Of a stretch of DNA of 64,000 nucleotides, positions 9,561 through 18,112 are shown one piece after another. Origin of the DNA: an uncultured Pseudomonadota bacterium (lineage in GTDB: Bacteria > UBA10199 > JACPAL01 > GCA-016699445); contig CAZKQW010000012.1 of the NCBI GenBank assembly GCA_964555055.1, positions 4,897-68,896 on the forward strand, given 5' to 3'. The translations under genes were made by a program, and so were the position numbers. The stretch's first letter is position 1, and every line of letters starts with the position of its first letter. The notes below the pieces were generated by a model. That model was not told the DNA's origin, searched no databases, and saw only the letters and a program-made list of their open reading frames with translations.

Positions 9561-11483
9561 ATGGCCTCCAATCCCATTTTCGAAAAGAACCTCGCCGCCC
9601 TCAAAAAACACCACCCCGATCTGGCCCGACGGATCGCGGAACTCCCGGACGTACCCGCCGTCATCGTCAAAAAAACGGAAGCAGGAGAGTGGAACATCGC
9701 TTGTCAGTTCGCGGACGGAAGCTCGAAATGGTTCTATCCCGATCCCTCACCTGGAAATTATTCCGTTCACTTTTTGTCCCAAGAAAAATTCGAAAACCCC
9801 CGTCTCCTCGTTTTCTTAGGCCTGGGACTGGGCCTTCATCTTTTGGAATACTTAAAAAAGCCGCACCCTTTGAACCAAGCGATGATCGTCTTCGAGAATC
9901 AAATCCATTTCTTCAAGAAAGCTTTGGAGACCTCCGACTTTTCGGAAGCCTTCGCGGCACCGCGGGTATTTTGGGTAGTCGGAAACGACCTCGAGACAGC
10001 ACGCCTCTTTCTGAACGCTTTTTATTCAAACGGACCATGGCTCATGCTTGCGGACGCCATCGAATACGTGAATTTCCCGCCGAGTTGCCAAACCAATCCG
10101 AGCTACTACCTCGCCATCCAGGATTTGATCCCCAAAGCGATCGCCCATCATTTCAACCGCGTCTTCAGCGATCCCTACGACGCCTATCGGGGAGCGGAAA
10201 ACTTCTTCAAGAACCTCCCCCTTATTTTTCGGATGCCTTCTTTCGAAAAGGCCCGCGGCTTCTTGAAGGGAAAACCAGCGGTCTTAATCGCTTCGGGACC
10301 GTCCCTGACGGAATCGCTCCCGATCCTCCGCGAGATCCAGGACCGCGTTCCGATGATCGCGTGCCCTTCGGCACTTTCTCTCTTGATCCAAAATGGCATC
10401 CATCCCCATCTCTGGCTGAACATCGAGCGTGACGAGAACGTCGGCGACCTTTTCCGGGATCTTCCCGAGAAACCGGATCATGTCTTCGTCGGGCCTCCGT
10501 TAGTCCATCCGAAATGCTTCGCGACGAACCAAGGGTATAACGCCTACCTTTTAAGCCAAGGGCTTTTCGCCCACTGGTTGCCTTTCCTGGGGAAACCGAT
10601 CGACTTCGGCCATTCGGCGGCGAACGCCGCTTTCCGCATCTTGGAAGTCCTGGGATGCTCGGATATTTATTTAGTGGGCCAGGACTTGAGTTACGCCAGG
10701 AATCAAGAGAGTCATGTACCTGGAGCTTGGGAGGAAACGAAGCGCTTCTCGGAAAACCTCCAGAAGGAAAACCGGCAGACTTTGAGCGTCGAAGGGAACG
10801 ACGGCCGGCCCATCCTCACTAATCTCTACTGGCACACCTACCTCAAGAATTTCACGGAACAACTGATTCCGTCCTTTCCGGGCCAGGTCCATAACGTCAT
10901 CCCTTCGGGTTATGGAGCGAAGATCGCGGGCACGGTACGGCTCGATCCCGCAGAGCTTTTGATGCGATTTGAGAAAAGAGAAACGGATTTTTTGGCGTCC
11001 TTAAAGGCCGTCTTGAAGCCACCATCACCCGAAGAAACGCTAAAAACCTCCGAACTCTTCTCGGAAAAAATCGGGACGGCCCTCGAATGCCTAAAGGAAG
11101 TCATCGCCGAAAACCGGAAATTCTCCCTGAAGTGCAAGGAACTCACGTTCATGCCAGCCTTCATGAACCGAAAACCGGAAGAAGCCCTGCCCCTTTGGAA
11201 ACGCTTCTTGGACGACTTCTCGGTTTTTTGTAACCGCTACTACGTCGCCAACCACCCGCGTCCCGATATCCAGGAAACCTACCGGCACTTCTTCCACTCC
11301 ATCGTCCAAGGCTTGATCGTGAAGAACCAGATCGAGTTCTTCGGGAGCGCCAAAGACCTGTCAGGGGATTTCGGCGAGATCAACCGCAAGCTCGACCTCA
11401 TCTTCAACCTGCTCAAGGACGAATCCTATTGGGCCGAGATGATGGTCGAGCTTTTATCAAGCAATGGCTCTAAGGAATTCTAG
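9561..11483 (+). CDS. DUF115 / motility-accessory-factor (Maf) / MptE-like family protein
   Basis: 640 aa. Central block …AVLIASGPSLTE…IACPSALSLL…YLVGQDLSYA resembling 6-hydroxymethylpterin diphosphokinase MptE-like/Maf proteins. 15 nt after dgt. Confidence 0.45.
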   Translation: MASNPIFEKNLAALKKHHPDLARRIAELPDVPAVIVKKTEAGEWNIACQFADGSSKWFYPDPSPGNYSVHFLSQEKFENPRLLVFLGLGLGLHLLEYLKKPHPLNQAMIVFENQIHFFKKALETSDFSEAFAAPRVFWVVGNDLETARLFLNAFYSNGPWLMLADAIEYVNFPPSCQTNPSYYLAIQDLIPKAIAHHFNRVFSDPYDAYRGAENFFKNLPLIFRMPSFEKARGFLKGKPAVLIASGPSLTESLPILREIQDRVPMIACPSALSLLIQNGIHPHLWLNIERDENVGDLFRDLPEKPDHVFVGPPLVHPKCFATNQGYNAYLLSQGLFAHWLPFLGKPIDFGHSAANAAFRILEVLGCSDIYLVGQDLSYARNQESHVPGAWEETKRFSENLQKENRQTLSVEGNDGRPILTNLYWHTYLKNFTEQLIPSFPGQVHNVIPSGYGAKIAGTVRLDPAELLMRFEKRETDFLASLKAVLKPPSPEETLKTSELFSEKIGTALECLKEVIAENRKFSLKCKELTFMPAFMNRKPEEALPLWKRFLDDFSVFCNRYYVANHPRPDIQETYRHFFHSIVQGLIVKNQIEFFGSAKDLSGDFGEINRKLDLIFNLLKDESYWAEMMVELLSSNGSKEF

Positions 11484-11494
11484 AGACTAACCCC

Positions 11495-11977
11495 TCAGCG
11501 AAAGCGGGGCGACTCTCTGTATATTTTTACAGCTAAACAGCCGTTTCGAAGGTGATAAACATCTTGGGTCATACCATAAGTTTTATACAGATCCTCCACA
11601 TCTTCAACTAAATCTAAAAGCAACTTCTCGTCATCAACATGACCGGTATTAATATGCTTTAAGTCAGCTTTTAAATATTCTACCCTCACGGAATAGATGA
11701 GATTTGCCTTGTGAACCTGAAACATATTCGGTTCGCGCCTGGCCGCAAGCATTTCTGATCCGAATTGGGACTCTATATCCTTGATGAATTTGGTACGGTC
11801 ATCCTTTGAAACTCGTAAATCAACGCTTCTATGAATACTAACAGCCGCTTCTATTATAGTATGCATGTCTTCTAAGCGGTCAGCACATCTCGAAATGCTT
11901 ACGCTCGCGCCTGGGCTCAAGCTCATTGTGTTTATATTTCTTACCAATTCTCTTAACTCTATCGCCCTGGGAGTCAA
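11495..11977 (-). pseudogene. 3' portion of an AT-rich gene put out of frame from its ATG by an 11-nt homopolymer (phase-OFF state); full gene 11495..12234
   Basis: ORF-track ORF begins at a TTG. The same frame is open up to TAG at 12160-12158 and passes through the G-run. GGGAGG(12246-12241)+ATG(12234-12232) lies in the other frame. Frames verified codon by codon. Confidence 0.6.
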
Positions 11978-12133
11978 CCGATTGGAGTTTTCTTGATTGA
12001 TTTCCTTGAATATTCTATCGACTTCGCATGCAAGGGCGTAGGCCCCTTCGACAGATACGCCAAAACGCCCCGCAGAGAGCCGTTCGAAATTACCTAACAG
12101 TTTTTGGTATTCTTTCCTTTGAATGTTGCATGT

Positions 12134-12144
12134 CCCCCCCCCCC
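12134..12144. repeat. poly-C (poly-G on coding strand) homopolymer, 11 nt
   Basis: tgtCCCCCCCCCCCagaag. Encodes a Gly run in both reading frames of the interrupted gene. Confidence 0.95.
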
Positions 12145-12396
12145 AGAAGCACCGGGACTAGTCGTTTCAGGAACTCTTCCAGTCGGATAGAGTGTACTGA
12201 CAGGACTTAAAACGGAATTTGCAGTCATTATCATAACAAACCTCCCTAGATGATTTTCAACTGTCCCTCTGAACCATTCAAAGGGAGTTGAGGGAATTAT
12301 CGACGGGGTTTCTTGAGAGTTGCGGGCCCTTTATATCTTTCGTGATTTTCTGTTTTCTATATAGAAAACACTTATGGTGGGAGAACCGTGAAGGAC

Positions 12397-14199
12397 TTAT
12401 TCGTAGATCGTTCGGTAAGCTTTCCAGTTGGCGTAGATCTTACGCACATAGTCGCGCGTTTCGCCGTAGGGGATCTCTTCGATGAACTCTTCCTCCGGCC
12501 AGCCGTGCCTTTGCTTCATCCATTGGGACACGACGGCCTCACCCGCATTATAGGAGGCTGTGGCGGCATACCACTTGCCGTCGAAGAGAGCGTCCAACTT
12601 CTTCAGGTAAAAGATCGAAAGCTCGATGTTGGTCAGCGGGTCCTTCAGCCAAGAAGGGGCAAAGGCTCTCCATCCGGCTTCTTTCGACAACTTACGCCCG
12701 GTATAGGGCATGATTTGCAATAAACCGATGGCTCCCACGGGTGACACGACGGCGGTGCGGAAACGGCTCTCCTGCCTCATGATCGCGTACACCAAATAGG
12801 GATCGATGAAGTCCTGACGGCGTTTCACCTCGGAGAAGAGGAAATCCGCGTATGGCATTCGGTATTCGACGTCCTGTCTCGGAACGCGAAAATGAAATTG
12901 ATATCGGTCTCCCTTCTTAATGAAGCGATGGGGATCGTTCGGCAACGGCAACCCATCCCACATCGCATCCCCGCTATGCTGGCGTGCGAGACGGATTTCC
13001 ACTTCTGCGTCGGACATCAGCCCTAAAGAAGATAGGGTGTGGATGCGCTCAAGATCGTCCGTAGCGGGAAATTCCTTGGCTTCCTCTTCCCAGCTCAATC
13101 CCAAGGGCGTCCACCATTGCCTATAATCAGTGCGTATGCCAAGACGGTCGAGGCGTTCGGCGGCACGCACGGCGTAGTATGTGGCCGGGTAGAGACTGAG
13201 GATGGACTGATAGATTTCACGCGGATTTTCGACATCCTTCCGATATTTTTCGATCGACCGGGCTTTCCAATAGAGAAACTGCGACGTCTCCCCGTAGTGG
13301 ATCGCTTGCTCATAACTATCGATGGCCTCCCTGTAATGACCCAATCTGTATTGGGCCCATGCGATTTTACCCCAATACTCTCGCCGGTCCGGATTGCCCT
13401 TGGCCTTTCTCAAAAGCTGCCTCAAAGCAGAGATCGCGTTTTCATAATCCCCGGCGTCTTGATGGAGAAAAGCGATCTTCTTCAAAGCTTCGTGGGCCTC
13501 GGGAGATTTCGGGTAACGCAACATCATCAAACGGTTGGCTTCAATCGCCGTCTCGAAATCTTGGCTACGGGCGGCAGACTGCGACAGACGGACCAGGAGT
13601 TGGACGCTGGACTTGGGACGCGAGCCTTTCTTTCTTTGCTTACGCGAGGATCTTTCCTTCGCGAAACGCTCAGAGACCTTCCCGGGCAAAACCAGTTTCT
13701 TATAAATATCCTTGGCGTCGGCATATCGCTTCGAATCAAAAAAACAATCCGCGGCGGCCTCCGGCGAAGGCGACTTGGCGCAATCGTACTTCTCGTATAC
13801 CGGTTCCGGGATTTCTAAGGGTGGGCATTCTTCATGGGAACGGGAAATATGTTCGGCGATTTCGTACCAACGGCTGTCGGGGTACTTGGCGGCAAGCTCG
13901 GAAAAAGCGGCTTTGGCGTCGAGACACTTTCCCTGGCTCCATAAGGCCTGAGCATAATCGAAAAGAACGTAATCTTGAATGGCGGTTGAAGCTTCCCGGA
14001 GTTCCGCGAATTTCTTGGCCGCTTCTTCGAATTTATTTTCCTGCAAGAGCTTATGCCCAGATAGGTAGTATTTTTTTAATTGGGAGATTTCATTTCCCCA
14101 TGAGGAAATCGCGTGGAGAAAAAACACCGACAAAAAAACCCATCGTCTCATAAAAAAATCCTCATAGGTCTTCCAAGTTTTGGGATCCACAAAAAACAA
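12397..14199 (-). CDS. slt: soluble lytic murein transglycosylase (Slt70-like, TPR-like superhelix + SLT domain)
   Basis: Catalytic region …YAIMRQESRFRTAVVSPVGAIGLLQIMPYTG…SYNAGEAVVSQW. 600 aa with N-terminal signal/TM. Confidence 0.8.
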   Translation of the reverse strand: MFFVDPKTWKTYEDFFMRRWVFLSVFFLHAISSWGNEISQLKKYYLSGHKLLQENKFEEAAKKFAELREASTAIQDYVLFDYAQALWSQGKCLDAKAAFSELAAKYPDSRWYEIAEHISRSHEECPPLEIPEPVYEKYDCAKSPSPEAAADCFFDSKRYADAKDIYKKLVLPGKVSERFAKERSSRKQRKKGSRPKSSVQLLVRLSQSAARSQDFETAIEANRLMMLRYPKSPEAHEALKKIAFLHQDAGDYENAISALRQLLRKAKGNPDRREYWGKIAWAQYRLGHYREAIDSYEQAIHYGETSQFLYWKARSIEKYRKDVENPREIYQSILSLYPATYYAVRAAERLDRLGIRTDYRQWWTPLGLSWEEEAKEFPATDDLERIHTLSSLGLMSDAEVEIRLARQHSGDAMWDGLPLPNDPHRFIKKGDRYQFHFRVPRQDVEYRMPYADFLFSEVKRRQDFIDPYLVYAIMRQESRFRTAVVSPVGAIGLLQIMPYTGRKLSKEAGWRAFAPSWLKDPLTNIELSIFYLKKLDALFDGKWYAATASYNAGEAVVSQWMKQRHGWPEEEFIEEIPYGETRDYVRKIYANWKAYRTIYE

Positions 14200-14259
14200 C
14201 GAGGGCGATGAACCTTGAAAAGTTCATCGCCCTCGGCGAAGCCGTATTGTCGATGACGC

Positions 14260-15102
14260 TTAAGGCGTCGTGCAAGCCACCGTGGTGGTGGTTCCACCCA
14301 CGAAGTTACCGCTGACGACGGGCACCGGAGCCGTGCTTTGGTAAGCTAAATTTCCTCCGACGTCGTTATTGGTCAGGCTACCCGCGGCTCGATTGCAGAG
14401 AAACGACATGTCCCCGGCCGCGGTATTCCCGTTGATGGTGCTCCGGATGGAATTCTTTTCGAATAAGAAGGTCCCATTCACCCGGTTCGTGTCGATATTG
14501 AAGTTGATTTGAGGCCCACGGCAAGCCCCCGTAGCGGCCATATCGGCGACCCGCATGTCCCCACCGATGAAGCTATTAATAACCTCGACTACCGGAGGTG
14601 TCGTCGTATTGTTATACTTGGCTCGGATGGAGTTGATTACCAAATCCCCTCCGATGTCGGAGGTATCGATGCTCAAGCAGTTAACGATCGGCTTTTGGGT
14701 TGTGCTGGGCGTCGCCGGGCCTATCAAAACATCCCCACCAAAATAAGTTCTTTCGAAGACAAGACATCCCGTACCATACGAGCAGGTGGACACCGTCGGA
14801 GCCAAAGTCTGGAAGCTCCCCAACACTAAAGTATCCAGCAAGTTGATGCTGGCGAAGCCTTGAGTATTGAGGTTTTGATCCATGATGGCGGACTGAGCAT
14901 TCAAAACGCCATTGGAGTTCACGGTCACATCGCCTACGACCTCGGTGCCGTTCAGAGTGCACGTGCGCTTTGCGGGCACGATGAGATTCCCCGGAACCGT
15001 CACGGCTCCGAGAGTGCCCGTACAAACCGTGTCAGCCCACGCCGACTGAGTGATACCTATCGCACAGATCAAGACCGCTAATGCAGTTTTGACTCGCATC
15101 AT
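14260..15102 (-). CDS. secreted beta-helix-like repeat protein downstream of pilQ
   Basis: Signal peptide MMRVKTALAVLICAIGITQSAWA. Repeated (F/I/V)GGD motifs (FGGDVLIG, IGGDLVIN, IGGDMRVA, VGGNLAYQ). Gly/Asn/Thr-rich. AAGGAGG RBS. Confidence 0.5.
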   Translation of the reverse strand: MMRVKTALAVLICAIGITQSAWADTVCTGTLGAVTVPGNLIVPAKRTCTLNGTEVVGDVTVNSNGVLNAQSAIMDQNLNTQGFASINLLDTLVLGSFQTLAPTVSTCSYGTGCLVFERTYFGGDVLIGPATPSTTQKPIVNCLSIDTSDIGGDLVINSIRAKYNNTTTPPVVEVINSFIGGDMRVADMAATGACRGPQINFNIDTNRVNGTFLFEKNSIRSTINGNTAAGDMSFLCNRAAGSLTNNDVGGNLAYQSTAPVPVVSGNFVGGTTTTVACTTP

Positions 15103-15300
15103 ATGTAGCCTCCTTTTTTTGGTTGTTATCCCCGAAACGAGGAGATGACATAATCCTTTTCAGAGAAACAAACAACACTTCTTTACTGATTTTTCCTCAT
15201 GAGGATCATGGAAATGGTTTTATGGAACGAGTGAATGCCTGCAAGGCACATATCCGGTGGGATTTTCGCGCTGAAAATCAAACCAGGCTTCGGATGACGG

Positions 15301-16875
15301 TCAAGATTGGACGATCCTCGGTGTGATGAAGATCATGAGCTCGCTGTCCGCGCGCGTTTTTGCCTTCGATTTGAAGAGGTAACCCATCACGGGGATGTTT
15401 TGAAATCCGGGAACTCCCGTTTTTTGATTCGTCGTTTTTTGTTTAAAGAGTCCGCCGATAACCGCCGTCTCCCCGTCCTTCACCACCACCGTGGTATTAG
15501 CCGTATTGTCCAAGATGGCCGGAATGCCGTCGACTGTCTTCGAAAAGTCGGCCTCGCTCTCCACCGCTTGGATCTGCATCTTAATGTAATCGTCGATCGA
15601 AATCTGGGGAGTCACCGTCAGTTCGATACCCGTATTGATTTCCTGGAGTCCGGAACTGCTGGAGGATGAGGACGCGCTAGTAGTCCCTAAGCTGATGCTC
15701 GAAGTCGATTTGACGTAGATCTTGGTGCCGCTTCGAATCTTCGAAGGCATATTGTTCAAGGTCATCACGGTCGGTTTGGACAGGATTTGGATGTCACCCT
15801 TGCTTTCCGCAGCCGTGAGCTGGGATTCGATGTTGAAGCCGCCCAAACTCCCGATCAGCATGCCGATGCCGCTGGTAGGATTGTCGGCGCCCAAGTTCAC
15901 ATTGAGGGGATTTCCCGTATCGGCATTTAGACCCACATCCGCAGTCCCGCTCGTCGTGAATTTACCGGAAGTCCCGTTGACTCCCCAACGAATTCCGAGC
16001 GCGCGCGAGAAGCTCTTGCTCGCATCAACGATGCGCGCTTCAATCTGCACTTGCTGGTCCCGATTATCCATTTGATCGATGATATTGTGGATGTTTCCGA
16101 CCACGGCGTCCCTATCCTTCACCGTCAACGTATTTGTCCGATCGTCGTTGATGACGGATCCGCGATCGGAAAGTAGCGTCTTGATCTTTTCCGTCAGATC
16201 TTTGGCCGTCGCATACTTGAGGTGGAAGGTCTGAGTCCTTAAATCCGTCCCTCCAACGAAGGCATCAGGCTTGCCGATGCGGAGAACTTTTTCCTCCATA
16301 GCGTATTCGTAGCCATTTACCCGCAGTATGGATCGCATGGCATCGACCAAGGCGATGTCGTCGAAAGACAGAGTCACGCGCCCCGCAATGTCCTCGGGAG
16401 CGATCAAGTTCAACCCCGCGCATTTGGACAGCATCTTTAGAACGTCCGTCAGATTCGCGTCGCGAAATTCGATCATATACTCTTGCGTCTTTTTATTGGC
16501 GACCATCGGCTCGATGTAGTTTTCGACATTGAGATGAAATTCCTTCTCTTCGTCCTTTAAAACGACTTCATTAGGCAGGATTTTAGCGACCTTAAAGCGT
16601 CCGATTTCCTCGCCCTCCTTCACCATCTTTCCGGAGAGCAAGGCCATCTTCATCTTACCGTAAATGACACCTTGGACAAGGAGGCTATTCGGATCCATAT
16701 CACCGCCCGTCTGGCTTTCGGGGGCAAAAGGGCTGCGGAGCGTCGGGTTCAACATATTGCTGTTTTGTTCCAATTGATCCAGGGCCAAATCCGAGAGAGG
16801 CGAAGCCCAGACAGGAAAAAAGGTAAGGACTAGAAAAGCGATCGAAATCGCACGAAGATAAGGATGCGTTCTCAT
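15301..16875 (-). CDS. pilQ: type IV pilus secretin PilQ with N-terminal PilP-like domain
   Basis: Secretin C-terminus …PGFQNIPVMGYLFKSKAKTRADSELMIFITPRIVQS. N-terminal residues ~55-115 (GRFKVAKILPNEVVLKDEEKEFHLNV) resemble the PilP beta-domain. Confidence 0.85.
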   Translation of the reverse strand: MRTHPYLRAISIAFLVLTFFPVWASPLSDLALDQLEQNSNMLNPTLRSPFAPESQTGGDMDPNSLLVQGVIYGKMKMALLSGKMVKEGEEIGRFKVAKILPNEVVLKDEEKEFHLNVENYIEPMVANKKTQEYMIEFRDANLTDVLKMLSKCAGLNLIAPEDIAGRVTLSFDDIALVDAMRSILRVNGYEYAMEEKVLRIGKPDAFVGGTDLRTQTFHLKYATAKDLTEKIKTLLSDRGSVINDDRTNTLTVKDRDAVVGNIHNIIDQMDNRDQQVQIEARIVDASKSFSRALGIRWGVNGTSGKFTTSGTADVGLNADTGNPLNVNLGADNPTSGIGMLIGSLGGFNIESQLTAAESKGDIQILSKPTVMTLNNMPSKIRSGTKIYVKSTSSISLGTTSASSSSSSSGLQEINTGIELTVTPQISIDDYIKMQIQAVESEADFSKTVDGIPAILDNTANTTVVVKDGETAVIGGLFKQKTTNQKTGVPGFQNIPVMGYLFKSKAKTRADSELMIFITPRIVQS

Positions 16876-17501
16876 GTATTGCCTCCTCCACCGCCCGCCG
16901 GGGTGGTCTGCGTCGCCTTAGGATCCGCAGTTTTATTGGGATTCTTTTCGAACCGGTAAATATTACCCTGCAACGTCACTTCGATTTCCTGCTTTTCGGC
17001 TTTCTTCTCGGCTCCCTTTAAAACGACTTCTTCGATGTTGAAGAGGGCCGGAAACTGCTCCAACCGTTCTATGTATTGAACGATTTCCGGAAATAGCCCG
17101 TTGATTTGCATGGCGAAAGGAGTGCGCGAATACCCTTCGCTGTAGTTGGGGGATTGGTATCCCAGCCTCACCAGCGAGACGCCGCCTAAAAACGTGCGAT
17201 CGGTCAAAGCGTTCAGCAGGGAAGTCACTTCCTGAAAATCGGAGTGGATCTCTCCTAAAAGGACCTTCATCTTCACGCCTTTGGCATGGAGAGTCTCGGT
17301 CTTTTCCAAGGTCGGCGTCGCCGCAGTGAAATTTTCCAAAGCCTTCTTTTCCGTTTTCATGTTATCGATGCGGGCGGAAGTTTCCTGGATGACCTTTTCA
17401 AAAGGCTTATAAACGATCTTAGGCACCACGCTCAGCAGAGCGATGAGAAGGATAGCAAAAAGACCGAGCTCTTTTTTCGTCGCGCTTCGTCCTAAATTCA
17501 T
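16872..17501 (-). CDS. pilO: type IV pilus assembly protein PilO
   Basis: 209 aa. N-terminal TM, coiled coil then PilO-like periplasmic domain. Sits between pilN and pilQ. Confidence 0.65.
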   Translation of the reverse strand: MNLGRSATKKELGLFAILLIALLSVVPKIVYKPFEKVIQETSARIDNMKTEKKALENFTAATPTLEKTETLHAKGVKMKVLLGEIHSDFQEVTSLLNALTDRTFLGGVSLVRLGYQSPNYSEGYSRTPFAMQINGLFPEIVQYIERLEQFPALFNIEEVVLKGAEKKAEKQEIEVTLQGNIYRFEKNPNKTADPKATQTTPAGGGGGNT

Positions 17502-18112
17502 GGTGTCCCCCCATCTGCTACCGAAGATATGGGTTTTTTAGAGGCAATCCCCATTTCAATCGAAAATTCGAAGGTCGTACCGGTCTTATCCAATTTTTGC
17601 TCCAAGCTCCCGAGGATGACTTGTTCAAAATACGGGGAAGAGCCTAGGGCTTTGACGAACAAGGTCACCACTTCAGGCTGGTAAGCCTCTCCATTGATCT
17701 TGATTCTTTTTTTCGCTGCGGCATCCTTCTGACCCATCGAGTGGATGTCCATAAGCCACAGAGAATGAGGGATACGTGCCGTGATCTCTTTGAGGAGAAC
17801 GGACCACTCTCCGGAATCCTCGAAAAACGGCACTAAGGCCATGCGGGCCTTGGAGAGGTTGGACTTCTCGCCTTGTTTGGCGATTTCCGTCATGATCCGA
17901 TCACGGTTGGATTTAAGCGTCTTCAATTCCGATTCCAAGACGGTCACCTGCCGCTGAAGGTACGTAAGCCTCATCTTTTGCACGGAATAAGTCGCTCCGC
18001 TGCAAGCGGCTAAAAACAGGACGATCATGATCATGGCCCGATACGTGAGCGTCAAAGGCTCCTTCTCGATGAAGTTGATGTGTTGGACCACATGTCGCCG
18101 CGCGGAAGGCAT
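17498..18112 (-). CDS. pilN: type IV pilus assembly protein PilN
   Basis: Start taken at MPSARRHVVQHINFIEKEP… (ATG overlaps pilM stop by 1 nt). TM IMIVLFLAACS then coiled coil. The ORF-track 5' extension is spurious. Confidence 0.7.
   Translation of the reverse strand: MPSARRHVVQHINFIEKEPLTLTYRAMIMIVLFLAACSGATYSVQKMRLTYLQRQVTVLESELKTLKSNRDRIMTEIAKQGEKSNLSKARMALVPFFEDSGEWSVLLKEITARIPHSLWLMDIHSMGQKDAAAKKRIKINGEAYQPEVVTLFVKALGSSPYFEQVILGSLEQKLDKTGTTFEFSIEMGIASKKPISSVADGGTP

Noticed and set aside
9689-10432. 247-aa Arg/Pro-rich ORF overlapping the Maf-like gene in another frame
   Set aside because: Low-complexity composition typical of an out-of-frame shadow ORF in GC-rich coding DNA. The Maf-like frame is the one with recognizable family motifs.
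13039-14153. 259- and 264-aa + strand ORFs antisense to slt
   Set aside because: Arg-rich shadow ORFs. The slt frame has the diagnostic SLT catalytic motif.
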